From Azolla caroliniana (taxonomy: Eukaryota > Plantae > Polypodiophyta), in the NCBI GenBank assembly GCA_043228905.1, contig JBHGNT010000010.1, positions 3,906,001-3,970,000 of the forward strand: a stretch of 64,000 nucleotides of DNA, written 5' to 3'. Shown here piece after piece: positions 1-21,910 of this stretch (positions within the stretch are counted from its first letter, which is position 1; every line of letters begins with the position of its first letter). The notes under the pieces are model-generated. The model was not told the origin of the DNA. It saw only the letters and a program-made list of their open reading frames with translations, and made no database searches. The position numbers were made by a program, and so were the translations under genes.

Positions 1-11471
<11,471 letters not shown>

Positions 11472-11689
11472 CTCTGCGGTCGATCGACACAAACACAGAG
11501 ACAGAGACAAAGAGACAGAGAGAAGAAGAAACAGAGTGATTAGAAATGGAAGGAAGAACAGAGTGTTTTGATATATGTTTGTATTAAGTATTATTTGTGT
11601 TCTCTTTTTTTTTGCTCTCCTTTTCTTTTCCTATTATTATTACATGATAGATAGATCATAGTCTATAGATATTATTATTTCATGTTTTT

Positions 11690-11772
11690 TGACATATTGC
11701 CTTCCGGACTCGAACCTAGAACCTTCACATATATGGCGATAGAGCGAATCCAACATCACCCTTGCTTGTCCG
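11690..11772 (-). other. Possible tRNA-derived SINE head (Pol III B-box)
   Basis: Minus strand contains GGTTCGAGTCC, a B-box consensus. No full cloverleaf could be built. Confidence 0.25.
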
Positions 11773-12779
11773 ATTCCCCCCCCCCCCCGATATAACACGA
11801 AACAAAAGATCATATGAACTATGTACATATGTTGTGTATCAAATGCATTGCAATGCATGTCAAGCGCTTAACATCCTATCTTGTGCATTCATTACATTGA
11901 CTGAAATCGGCCAAAAGAACACACACTATGTTGTCCGATGGCCACACAAATGCCTCCAAACCACTCCTTACCACGTAATTGAGTACATATTGAAAGATTA
12001 ATCGCTTTCTAGCATTTCGATGACAATTGCATCTGGCTTGCATGTTCTGATCTTATCTGGTATGTATTACATGAGCTTCTTATGATTGAGTTGACTGGTT
12101 GGTTCTTCTTTCTTGAACTTCAAGATTAGTCCACAGTTATGTCTTATTACATAAAGCAACATCCAACCTCATCGTTGAAAAGGTAATGCTTTGAGTTGTG
12201 TGCATTATATGCAACGACTTTGCTATATGTATTAAAAAAATAGTTAGCCATTGTTGTAAAAGGTAGTTGTAGTTTTATTTAAATAAAAATAATATGATGT
12301 TTTACTCGTAACGATTAGATGCCCACATATGGTTCATCACACAAAAATAATATTATGTTTACTTCACTGATTCTTCTCGTTTCTACCCTCTATCACATAT
12401 ATTTGTTTATAATCCATCAGTACATGCACATATAAGAGGATGTCCATCACATCACATTTTACACTTTTTTATGCCTTGTTCCCATTATATTCACTAAAAT
12501 CTTCGAGAATGACATACATTTTGTTGCTGCTAAAATGCGTCTCCTTTCCTTTGATCAATCAATTCACTACTAAGGGTATTGATTAATTAACATAATTTAT
12601 TTTGTCATGCATATCTTAATTTATGTTACTTAATTAGTTGTATATTGATTGATTAATGTTGATTACATACTTATAACGATTGGATGTAGACATACATATT
12701 AATATTCATTAATTGATTTCTTAATATGATTGAGAATAATAAAATCAAATGGGTCATGGGTCCTCGGATACGATCCCTC

Positions 12780-14880
12780 TTCCAACTAGACATTTCATGG
12801 AACTTCCCCATGCCCATGTAATTTGTACCAAATTGTACAATCCCTTCACCCATCTAAGATCTTGATTCCATGTACCACTAGAGTCATAACCTTATATACT
12901 TCTTCACAAAAAGTAGACAATCCATCCAAGTGTGGGGTTACAACCTTGCATACTTCTTACCAAAAAGTAGACAATCCATCCAAATGAGTGCCAACTTTAT
13001 ATTCTAATATGATGACTATGATGTGGCAACAAATCTTGATGGGTAAGATGGGGTGCTTTTACATTAACCCCACACTAATCTCAAGGATGGGAATAGAAAA
13101 AGCTAAGAGAAGAAGATGCATTACAAGTTTTATCAAGAGATCAATCTACATATGGCATGTTCGGAATTACTATTTCCATCAACACTACTTTATTCTCTTT
13201 GATAGATTGTTATAAATTCCTTTAGAATTTCAAGTTCGTACTTCCAGACTCCAATTTCGTTGAGCCTCAATCTCTCAAAATGGAGCATTTGAATGCTTGA
13301 ATATGAATCCAAGAGCATGGAGCACAACATATGTTTTGGCTTTGTACATTGTGAAAGTCCTCGACTCTCATGTAAAAGTTTGGCACACAATCAACTAATG
13401 CCAGTTGGGGTTCAATCAACACAAATCCATGAAACAAAGAGAGATGGCGAGCAAATGGGCAACGCCTTCTCCGCTAGGTTCCAAATATAAGTAGGCATAC
13501 AATGGCTAAGTATGCAACATTCACTTAAGGTCTTCGGTACATTATAGACATGACTCCTTCCAAGTGCAATATTCTTATTTAATTGATGGTCGTGGTCCCA
13601 ATCCTTTTTATTCAAGATCAATATCTTAAGGTCAATCCACTTGCCCACTTGAGCACTTTTTCATATGTCTAATAAAATGTTAGTTTAAATTTTTTATTTG
13701 TGGAGAAAGTGGTCTTTGACAATGTACTATCCATCATGTATGCTAAAGCATCATTGATCTCCATTAAAAGTATATTTCTTACTCAAAAGGTTCTAGTATT
13801 TGATATTTATTAATGTAGTAGATGAGCTTCCCCAAGGTTCCAAGCTCAAAAGTATCTTTCCTACCCAAAAGGTTGTCGTATTTGATATTTATTAATGTAG
13901 TAAATGAGCATCCCCAAGGTTCCATGCTCACGTGGAGAGGACATCATTTCCTCTTTGGCATAATAAACACATGTAAACCAAAATTGTAACGGACTTGCAT
14001 AAATAGGAATCCAACTATATTAGATGTTACAACAAACATATTAATTTCATTTGACTAAGTTGGTTGTTAAACTATAGGTGTTATTGACGTTTGTATTTTC
14101 AAAGCTTTGTCACATGTGTCATGGTAATGGTGTGTGAGTTGTTGCATGTAATTGTGTTCATCTTTACCAATAACATAATTGCATGTCAGTCTTAATGGAA
14201 AGTTCCCAAACTCATGGGCATGTAGCCTCAAGAAAAGAAGACATTTTGCATCAATCAATGGTAATATCATCATCCTCGACGATGTTAACACTACAACCAA
14301 ACATATTCAAAAGGTTTCTAGGTTATTTGATCCTCCTTGCATTTTGCAAGTCATTATTGTTAGCATTTCAAGAGATGGAACCATTGTTTTGAGTGATGCA
14401 AAAGTCATTCAAGAAAATGTACATGAATTTTGGAATACATGGGGTGACAAAGCTTCTGTAGATCGTGGTTTTAGCGTGGCTACAACTTCACTCCATATCT
14501 CCTAGAATAACGTCGCCTAGTGCACGGTTTGATTGGAGAAGACCCACCTACAATGTTGTTTCCAGAGAGTCAATAGTGTTATTGGGCTGATAAATTCTAG
14601 CGCGATTTGAGCTTTAACATGTTGTATGGGGAACATGATATATGAAATAATTAACCATCTCCACCATTTTGTACTCTTTGTTGGACCTTCTACAATGCTT
14701 CCCCATGACAACCCCTTGATCCAATTACTTTACTGGATTCATCTCGGATACATGGATTTCCATAGAATCGTTGATTGAGCCAAGCAAGTTCTATCATGAT
14801 ATAGCATGGTATGGCTTCAAAAGGATTTAAACCCATAACCTTGTGTCACATGGGTTGAAGCCTTACCATTAAGCTATACA
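12780..14880 (-). mobile_element. Old, degenerate Ty3/Gypsy pol relic
   Basis: Minus-strand reading near 14400-14460 gives IPKFMYIFLNDFCI (compare RT F..FLDDF). Downstream integrase-like fragments are riddled with stops. Confidence 0.4.
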
Positions 14881-15280
14881 TTGTAATACAAAGAATATTA
14901 TTTCCATTTATAACACATTCACGTTCACAAGTGGAAGGATCGCGCATAAATAGAAGGATAAGGATTATTTCGTTTGATTTTAGTACTTTTTCAATGATAT
15001 TACAAAACACATCGATACCATTATCATACATTCTCAAATATACAATGAAAATGGTTGAAAATCCACCATTTTCGTGATTTTAAAATAAATAAATAAAGAG
15101 CAATTTCATAAAGTTTAGGGTTTAATTTATATCACAAACTTTACAACCAATGTTTTTCTATAAGAAACGATATTCATTGGAATCAAAAGAATTCAAAACA
15201 CATGCTTTTATATTACTCGATTTGTTACAAGCTGACGGTAGTTACACTTAATAGCCAAAAATACATTCATGATCATTCCT

Positions 15281-15340
15281 TTACGGAGAATCACCACTAT
15301 AACTAATATACAATGAGGATTCCTCCTCGGATGTACCAAT
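15281..15340 (-). pseudogene. Extreme C-terminus of the Sola/DUF7869-type transposase
   Basis: Removing the insertion bounded by TSD CAATG (15341-15345 and 20519-20523) joins ..HLVYDEDNAL to IGTSEEESSLYISYSGDSP* in frame. Confidence 0.65.
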
Positions 15341-15465
15341 CAATGTGTTAGAGACATGAACTAATGTAAGCATAAAATAAGGATAAAAGATAGATCTAGA
15401 TAGAAAGGAGAGAGAGAAAGAATTTAGCCACGTGTATAGAATACTACGGTAAATTCTCACCACGG

Positions 15466-16221
15466 TGTCGCGTTGTTACGCGCGTGCGTGGAGAAAGGCG
15501 GGACCACGGGGGTCTTGGACCAGGGAGTGACGGAGCGTAGGAAGTCGTGCTTCTCCGTTTCCGGGGGATCCCAAAAGAACACCGGAAGCGACCGAAGGGA
15601 GAGAGAGAGAAAGAGAGGGAGTGCGCACTTAACACCGACTCACGCACACACACACACACACATGCCGACACGACTCACGCCCTTATGTACAGGAAACGCA
15701 GAAAAGGGGAAGCACTCGACACCAACAGAGACGTGAATATACAGACAGGCACAAATGTATATATATACACAGAAGAATACATTCTCGGCTTCGAGCCGGA
15801 CCAAGGTAGGTTACAATAGTCGTCAGCTGCCAAGCCGCCGGTCGGGGAGCTCACGGGCTCGTCGCGCCGAGCGGGGTCTTGCGCAGGAGATGAGCTGAAG
15901 CAATCCCTAAGCGAACACGAAGGGGGGAGAAGAAGAAGCAGAAAAATCTCTAAACCTAACGGTATACCCTCTAATGCAAAATGGGCAACCCTTTCGCAAA
16001 GGGCGTTCCCTTCCTTTTATAGAATAAGGAAAGGGATGCGTTACAATGTGGGACAAATCCCGACTTACATGGGATCGTCTGTCCTGACTTGACTACTCTT
16101 CAGCGCCATAAAGGTGCCCTCGATATTCACACTAAATGTACATGGGTGCGTACACACGCTGCACCCCGCCGATGTAGCCAATGTTCCTGGTTTCCGCCTC
16201 TGGCCGAAATTCTTCACGACA
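15466..16221 (-). repeat. 3' LTR of the non-autonomous element
   Basis: Direct repeat of 19727-20488, preceded on the minus strand by a polypurine tract (16222-16234). Confidence 0.95.
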
Positions 16222-18389
16222 TCCGCCCCCCACCTAACCGCACATCCACCGGTATGTGCCAAGTCCGGTTGAAGGGTGAGAGATTTCGACCGGTGAAAAA
16301 CCGGTCTTCCGTGATCCGCATCCCGACTCGCTGCCGGTTTGACCCGTCGGCTTCGATTCTCCCTTCGCGCTTACCTCCCCATAGCTCGTTCGTCCCGTCG
16401 ATGGGTCCTCTACCGCGATCTCCGTAGTACGCGTCCTTCCGCTGGCCCTTGTTCGGCCGTATGAACGCCCCGCTCCCGTCGTATGCCCGATGTCCTCCGC
16501 TTGAGGCATGCCCGTAGTGGCCCGCTTGGCCTCCATTGATCATTCGCGTCGTCCTGATTGCCGTCCCATGTCGTTTCGCGTTGCCCTCGTCCTCTCGCCG
16601 CCACCTTCCTTCTCCATGGTCTTACATCGCCGCGTCGGCTCGAACCGCCATGGTCTCCGGAACGGTGTGGAGGATCCCCTTTCCGGCCTTCTTCGCGCTA
16701 CCTCCAAACCGCACAACCTATCTCCGCGCTCGCCTTTCCGCTCCGGCACCTCCGTGTGCCGCATACCCTCGTCCGTTGTTTGGCACTACCTGTGTTGCAC
16801 TCTTTGTCGGCCCCCTTTCCGGCCATATCGTGCATCGCCGCTTACCCGCATACCGGTGTCCTTTGCATCCAAGGAACACCCCGTAGTAGCCCGCTTGGCC
16901 CTTCCTGTCTTCGTGCTGCCGCGATAGGTCCTGAGTCTTCCGCTTGCCGTCGTCCCCTCGCCCCCACTATCTTGTCATCCCGACTTGCCGTGTCAGTCTT
17001 CACTACTTCGACGGAGCTACCGAGATCTACGAAGCGAGTGTGGAGGATCCTCCTCCGGCCTCTCTTGCCATCCCCTGACTCCGACCCTGTGCAGTCCACT
17101 AGGCACTTGTCACCTCATTCCCGGCACCTCCCTTGTGCCGTCTTCCGCTTCCTTCGTTCGGCACCGCCCGTGCCGAACACTGTCCCGCAGTCACGCTTTG
17201 ATCCGGCCCGCGATGGCCACTTGCGAGACTCTTATTCCGTCCCAGGCGTGCCTTTCCGGCCTGACACACCTCCCTGTGTTTGCCCCTACCAGCTCCTTCC
17301 GAAACCTCGTGTCGTCGGGTCCTGTTCCCTGCCGCCACCGTCCTTCTCCCTCGGTCTTACGTTGCCACATTGGCCGAACAGCCGGGGTCTCCGGATCTGT
17401 GTGAGGGTCCCATAGGACCGGACTCCGTTTCTATGCCTGCCGTAATTCAGGTGTCTTTTGTTTGAGTCCCTCCCAGACTCTCCTCGTGTCTTCCGCGTAG
17501 TCGGGTCCGGTTTCCCGCCGCCACCAACCTTCTCTCTCGGTCTCACGTTGCCACGTTGGCCGAACTGCCGGAGTCTCTGGTTAAGTGTGGGGATCCCGTA
17601 GGACCGGACTCTGTTCCGCCCTTGCCTTTCTCACCTCGCTGCCACCGTCAGTATCTTGGTCTTACGTCGACCGCGTTGCCGACCGCCGAAGTCTCTAGAA
17701 CCGGTGTGAAGGATCCTCCGTAGACCGCCGATCCGTAGCCCCTTTGCCTTCGTCACCTCGTCGCCACCGTCAGTATCTTGGTCTTACGTCGACCGCATTG
17801 CCGACCACCGAAGTCTCTAGAACCGGTGTGAAGGATCCTCCATAGACCGCCGATTTGTCTTCCCGACCCTGTCTCGGGTCGTCCTTCTCCGCATGCCGAG
17901 AGGGCGTTTTGTTCCGCACCCTCTCCCGTGGTACTAACGTACTGTGTCCTCGGCCTCTTCGTAGGCCAGCTCTCTTCCTCCCTCCTGGAATGGTCATCCG
18001 GGAGTCCGCTCCGCCCGGTTCTCGCTCGGGTTCGTTCGTCTTTCTCCGGATTACCGAGTCCCGTTCTCCTGTCGCCACCGATCTCTCTTATAGGACTCAC
18101 GTCGGCACTCGGGCCGGCGGCCGAATCGATGTAAGGAATCCCATAGGACCGGCTTTCATTCCCTTTCCAAATCTCGACCTTCGTCCGGTCGGTCTTTCTC
18201 CCCATGTAAAAGAGGGCGGCTTGTCCCGCACCCCTTTCCGTATCGGCACTTTCATGCCGAATCCGGCCCCGATCGAACGATCCACGACCGGATTCTGCTC
18301 CATCCGAATCGGAATGCAGATCTCCTCGTGCCACGTCTGTCCTCGGCCTCCTCGCAGGCCGTTTCCCATCCGACTTCGCTGGCATCGTG

Positions 18390-19688
18390 CTAGGACTCCT
18401 CGGTACCGCCATCCATCTCCTCGGTCTTACATGGGCATACGGGCCCGAATGCCGAGTCCTCCGGAATTGGGTCCGTGGGCTTTCGTCCGCTCCTTCTCCG
18501 TATCGTCTCGCCGATGATTCTTGGCCTTCCGCCGCCTTCCTCCGCTTGGGACTCACGTGGGCACTCGGGCCCGACTGCCATCGTCTCGGGAGCAAGTGTG
18601 GGAAGACACAAAGAATCGCCCGTCCGTTTTACGCCCTTGTCAGTAGCCACCGACTCTTCGTGGTCGGCGGTCGTCTTCTTACCGATCGCGCAAGCCCCGT
18701 CTGGGCTTGCTTCTCCAATGACCGGGATCTCGGGCTGACACGCCCGAAACCGCTGGTCCCAACGTTCCGGTTCCGCGATCTGTATCTCGGCCTCGTCCTT
18801 GGCCGTTCTATCTCCGCAAGTCGAGAGGGCATTTCGTTCCGCACCCTCTCCCGTGGTACCGTCGTACCGATCTTCCGCCGTCGCGTGGCGCAAGTCCGTC
18901 TTCTCAGTCTTGGCTTGCGGCCTCCGTCTTTCCTCTTCCTCGAGCATCGCCTCGAGAGCTGCGTATGCCTCCGCAATCCTGGCCCCAACGCCGACCCTTG
19001 CCGACTCTCTTTGCCGTTCGGTCTCTTCCCGCTGTGATGGCACGCCGTTGCGTGCCTTCCTCTTAGCCTTCTCGGTTCGCTCTTTGTCTAGCCGTTGGCA
19101 CACCCTTCCGACCTTCGACCAGTCCTCCGTAAGCCCATTCGCTCCGTCATCGTCTTCAAGCTCAATCCCGATGGCCTCCCGTTCCGTTCGGTCGATCGAC
19201 CTGACGAACAATAGGACCTTGTCCGCCCCCACCAAACCTTGTTCCCGCTCTAGGAGCCGAGCAAGCTGTCGTTCGAACTCTCGGAACGCCTTCGTCGCGC
19301 CCCGGTGGGTCTTTGCCGATGCTACCCACTGGTCGAAGTCATGCCGTCCCCGGCTCTTCCGCCGTCCTCCGTATGCCTTCAGGAGCGCCTCTTCGAAGGC
19401 CTCCCACGAACTATGAGCCTCACGGAGTTCCTTTACTTCCGAATGCATCCGGACAGCTACGACCCGACAGAAGAACTCCAGCCTCAACGCCTTGTCTACG
19501 CCACGCTCCTCCATTCCCGCGTTGAAGGCTTCCAAGTAAGATGGGACTTTGTCCCTGTTGAAACGGCCGACTCTTTTGACCACTCGCTCAACCGCCTGTT
19601 GCGCTGCTTCTCGCCTCCTCACCACTCGTGCCGACTCCAACACCACTTCGGCGACCATCTCCGCAAGGTCGTCGTCTTCTGACTCCAT
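18390..19688 (-). CDS. Gag-like protein with a repetitive C-terminal extension
   Basis: 432-aa ORF starting just after the PBS. It contains VGRFNRDKVPSYLEAF..RLEFFCRV..SSWEAFEEALLKAYG..KVLLFVRSID, typical of a retrotransposon capsid. Confidence 0.75.
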   Translation of the reverse strand: MESEDDDLAEMVAEVVLESARVVRRREAAQQAVERVVKRVGRFNRDKVPSYLEAFNAGMEERGVDKALRLEFFCRVVAVRMHSEVKELREAHSSWEAFEEALLKAYGGRRKSRGRHDFDQWVASAKTHRGATKAFREFERQLARLLEREQGLVGADKVLLFVRSIDRTEREAIGIELEDDDGANGLTEDWSKVGRVCQRLDKERTEKAKRKARNGVPSQREETERQRESARVGVGARIAEAYAALEAMLEEEERRRPQAKTEKTDLRHATAEDRYDGTTGEGAERNALSTCGDRTAKDEAEIQIAEPERWDQRFRACQPEIPVIGEASPDGACAIGKKTTADHEESVATDKGVKRTGDSLCLPTLAPETMAVGPECPRESQAEEGGGRPRIIGETIRRRSGRKPTDPIPEDSAFGPVCPCKTEEMDGGTEES

Positions 19689-19703
19689 CCTCCCTTGCCG
19701 CCT

Positions 19704-19721
19704 TTCACGTCGGGTTCACCA
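19704..19721 (-). other. Primer-binding site for tRNA-Trp
   Basis: Plus strand TTCACGTCGGGTTCACCA matches the recalled 3' 18 nt of plant cytosolic tRNA-Trp, including CCA. It lies 5 nt from the LTR. Confidence 0.85.
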
Positions 19722-19726
19722 AAATA

Positions 19727-20488
19727 TGTCGCGTTGTTACGCGCGTGCGTGGAGAAAGGCGGGACCACGGGGGTCTTGGACCAGGGAGTGACGGAGCGTA
19801 GGAAGTCGTGCTTCTCCGTTTCCGGGGGATCCCAGAAGAACACCGGAAGCGACCGAAGGGAGAGAGAGAGAAAGAGAGGGAGCGCGCGCTTAACACCGAC
19901 TCACGCACACACACGCACATACACACACATGCCGACACGACTCACGCCCTTATGTACAGGAAATGCAGAAAAGGGGAAGCACCCGACACCAACAGAGACG
20001 CGAATATACAGACAGACGCAAATGTATATATATACACAGAAGAATACATTCTCGGCTTCGAGCCGGACCAAGGTAAGTTACAATAGTCGTCAGCTGCCAA
20101 GCCGCCGGTCGGGGAGCTCACGGGCTCGTCGTGCCGAGCGGGGTCTTGCGCAGGAGATGAGCTGAAGCAATCCCTAAGCGAACACGAAGGGGGGAGAAGA
20201 AGAAGCAGAAAAATCTCTAAACCTAACGGTATACCCTCTAATGCATTATGGGCAACCCTTTCGCAAAGGGCGTTCCCTTCCTTTTATAGATTAAGGAAAG
20301 GGATGCGTTACAATGTGGGACAAATCCCGACTTACATGGGATCGTCTGTCCTGACTTGACTACTCTTCGGCGCCATAAAGGTGCCCTCGATATTCACACT
20401 AAATGTACATGGGTGCGTACACACGCTGCACCCCGCCGATGTAGCCAATGTTCCCGGTTTCCGCCTCTGGCCGAAATTCTTCACAACA
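19727..20488 (-). repeat. 5' LTR of the non-autonomous element
   Basis: Direct repeat of 15466-16221, followed on the minus strand by the PBS. Confidence 0.95.
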
Positions 20489-20523
20489 ACGGGATATTAT
20501 ATAGTCATGCCCATAACACAATG

Positions 20524-21232
20524 CATTATCTTCATCATAAACCAAATGGTGTGACTCTAGATTATATGTAGCAGATCTCGTTTGCCTTCGACTTGAGCCA
20601 CCTTGTAGACTTGATAATTTTTCTTTTATTATATCTATTGTTGACTTCCTTAAACATCCAGCTTTTGTAAGCGTGAAGTCGTACACGATGATATCCACAT
20701 TAGAGATATCAAGGGTCGAGGTGTTACGAATATTTCGCTTCCTCTTCCTACCTCCCCTTGTCGTGACTCGTTGGGCATTCAATCATCTCCAATGTATACT
20801 TACCCATAAAAGCATTTTCATTTCTAGAATGCACTTTGATAGACTTGATTGTGTTTTCTATTTCATGCATTAGCACTTCTAGAATTTTACCAATCCAAAA
20901 TTGGTGGCCATGTGAGTTCTCATCAGTAGGTGTTGCAATCAACATCCCCGCCACGAGCTCTTGCAAATTGCCTTGCCATCTAGCTTCAACTGCTTTGGTC
21001 ATCCTTGGTCCCACATAAACGTCTCTTTGTTGTGGATGGACCAAAGTGTCATTAATTCCATTAGTTGGTTGCTCCGGAGTTTTATTTACACGATCATGTT
21101 GTAGCGACCATGTGAATGGCGTTTCCAAAGTCCAATTATCACCAGATACACAATTGTCAATAATTCCTTTTTTATCACTAAAAAATACATCCCACCATGA
21201 CGTGTCTTGTTGTGCGGCATATTTCTTTGTCG
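20524..21232 (-). pseudogene. C-terminal part of the Sola/DUF7869-type transposase, displaced by the inversion
   Basis: TKKYAAQQDTSWWDVFF..HQFWIGKILEV..IIVYDFTLTKAGCLRKSTIDII. It plausibly continues the + strand frame that stops at 45277 (..KHIEA). Confidence 0.65.
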
Positions 21233-21910
21233 TGTCGTGGTGTGGCGTGTGCAGTGTGAGAAAAAGCGAAGTTCCACACACATCTCATGAAATAATAAAT
21301 AAATAAATAAATACTAATAATAATAAATAGGTTATAGTAGCTTAGTGGTTAAGGCTTATCCCTTTTTCCTTCATCTTTTCCTTCTAGGGTTAGGGTTTGA
21401 GAGCTTCTTCTTTCTACTTTTCTTCTTTTCTCCTCAACATACTAGAGGAGTTAGGATTTTAGGGTTTGCGTGTTTTGCCTCTATTATACTTCTTACTCGA
21501 GATATTTTAGGGCTTTGATTCCTTATACATCAACTTCTTCAGCATCTTGGTGGTAGTCAACTCGGTAGACGGTGGCCTATGGGAGGTTGTAGTGGCACGA
21601 GAGCTACTCCGAATCGAGGCAACATAGTCGTCGGAAGTAGTCAGACTCGGAGCCCACTAGACTCGCCTTCGCGGTTTATTTTAGCCCCTTTGGTTGATTT
21701 ATAACCGATTATTGTAATAACCACCGAAATCGTGGTGTCAAGCCTAACAATTGTAAAAAATAAAAACAAAAACCCTAATTTATATCAAAACTTATGTATA
21801 TTTCCCCATGTCTTTGACTTAATCTCCCAATTCCTCACTACTTTTGTCTCCTCGGTCCAAGGCACCGACGGTCCCATTCGAGTGACACACGCAAGCGAAA
21901 CTTTACGACA
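21233..21910 (+). mobile_element. Solo LTR A (left inversion breakpoint)
   Basis: TGTCGT..ACGACA ends. Inverted paralog of 45278-46162, lacking about 200 bp of its interior. Distantly similar to the LTR of the 15466 element. Confidence 0.85.

Larger units (their letters stand above)
15466..20488 (-). mobile_element. Young GC-rich non-autonomous LTR retroelement (gag only, no pol)
   Basis: LTRs 15466-16221 and 19727-20488 (TG..CA, about 2% divergent by eye), 4-bp TSD ACGG, PBS complementary to the tRNA-Trp 3' end, PPT GGTGGGGGGCGGA next to the 3' LTR, and a 432-aa gag-like ORF. No RT or IN motifs were found. Confidence 0.92.
15346..20518 (-). mobile_element. ~146-bp internally deleted solo LTR related to the 37617-44638 chromovirus LTR, interrupted by the 15466-20488 element
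   Basis: TG..CA ends and 5-bp TSD CAATG. The pieces 15346-15465 and 20493-20518 match the reverse complement of the two ends of the LTR at 37617 (cccgtggtgagaatttaccgtagtattctatacacgtgg; tttctatcta..atccttat..ctctaa). Confidence 0.85.

Noticed and set aside
15466-16221. Hammerhead ribozyme or retrozyme (non-autonomous, 4-bp TSD, CTGACGA on the LTR minus strand near 15820)
   Set aside because: No helix II followed by GAAA could be built, and the element is 5 kb with a gag ORF and a Trp PBS, unlike retrozymes.
16089-19416. Many long overlapping ORFs on both strands (e.g. 285, 280, 220 and 216 aa)
   Set aside because: Expected in GC-rich, stop-poor sequence; there are no domain motifs other than the gag frame.
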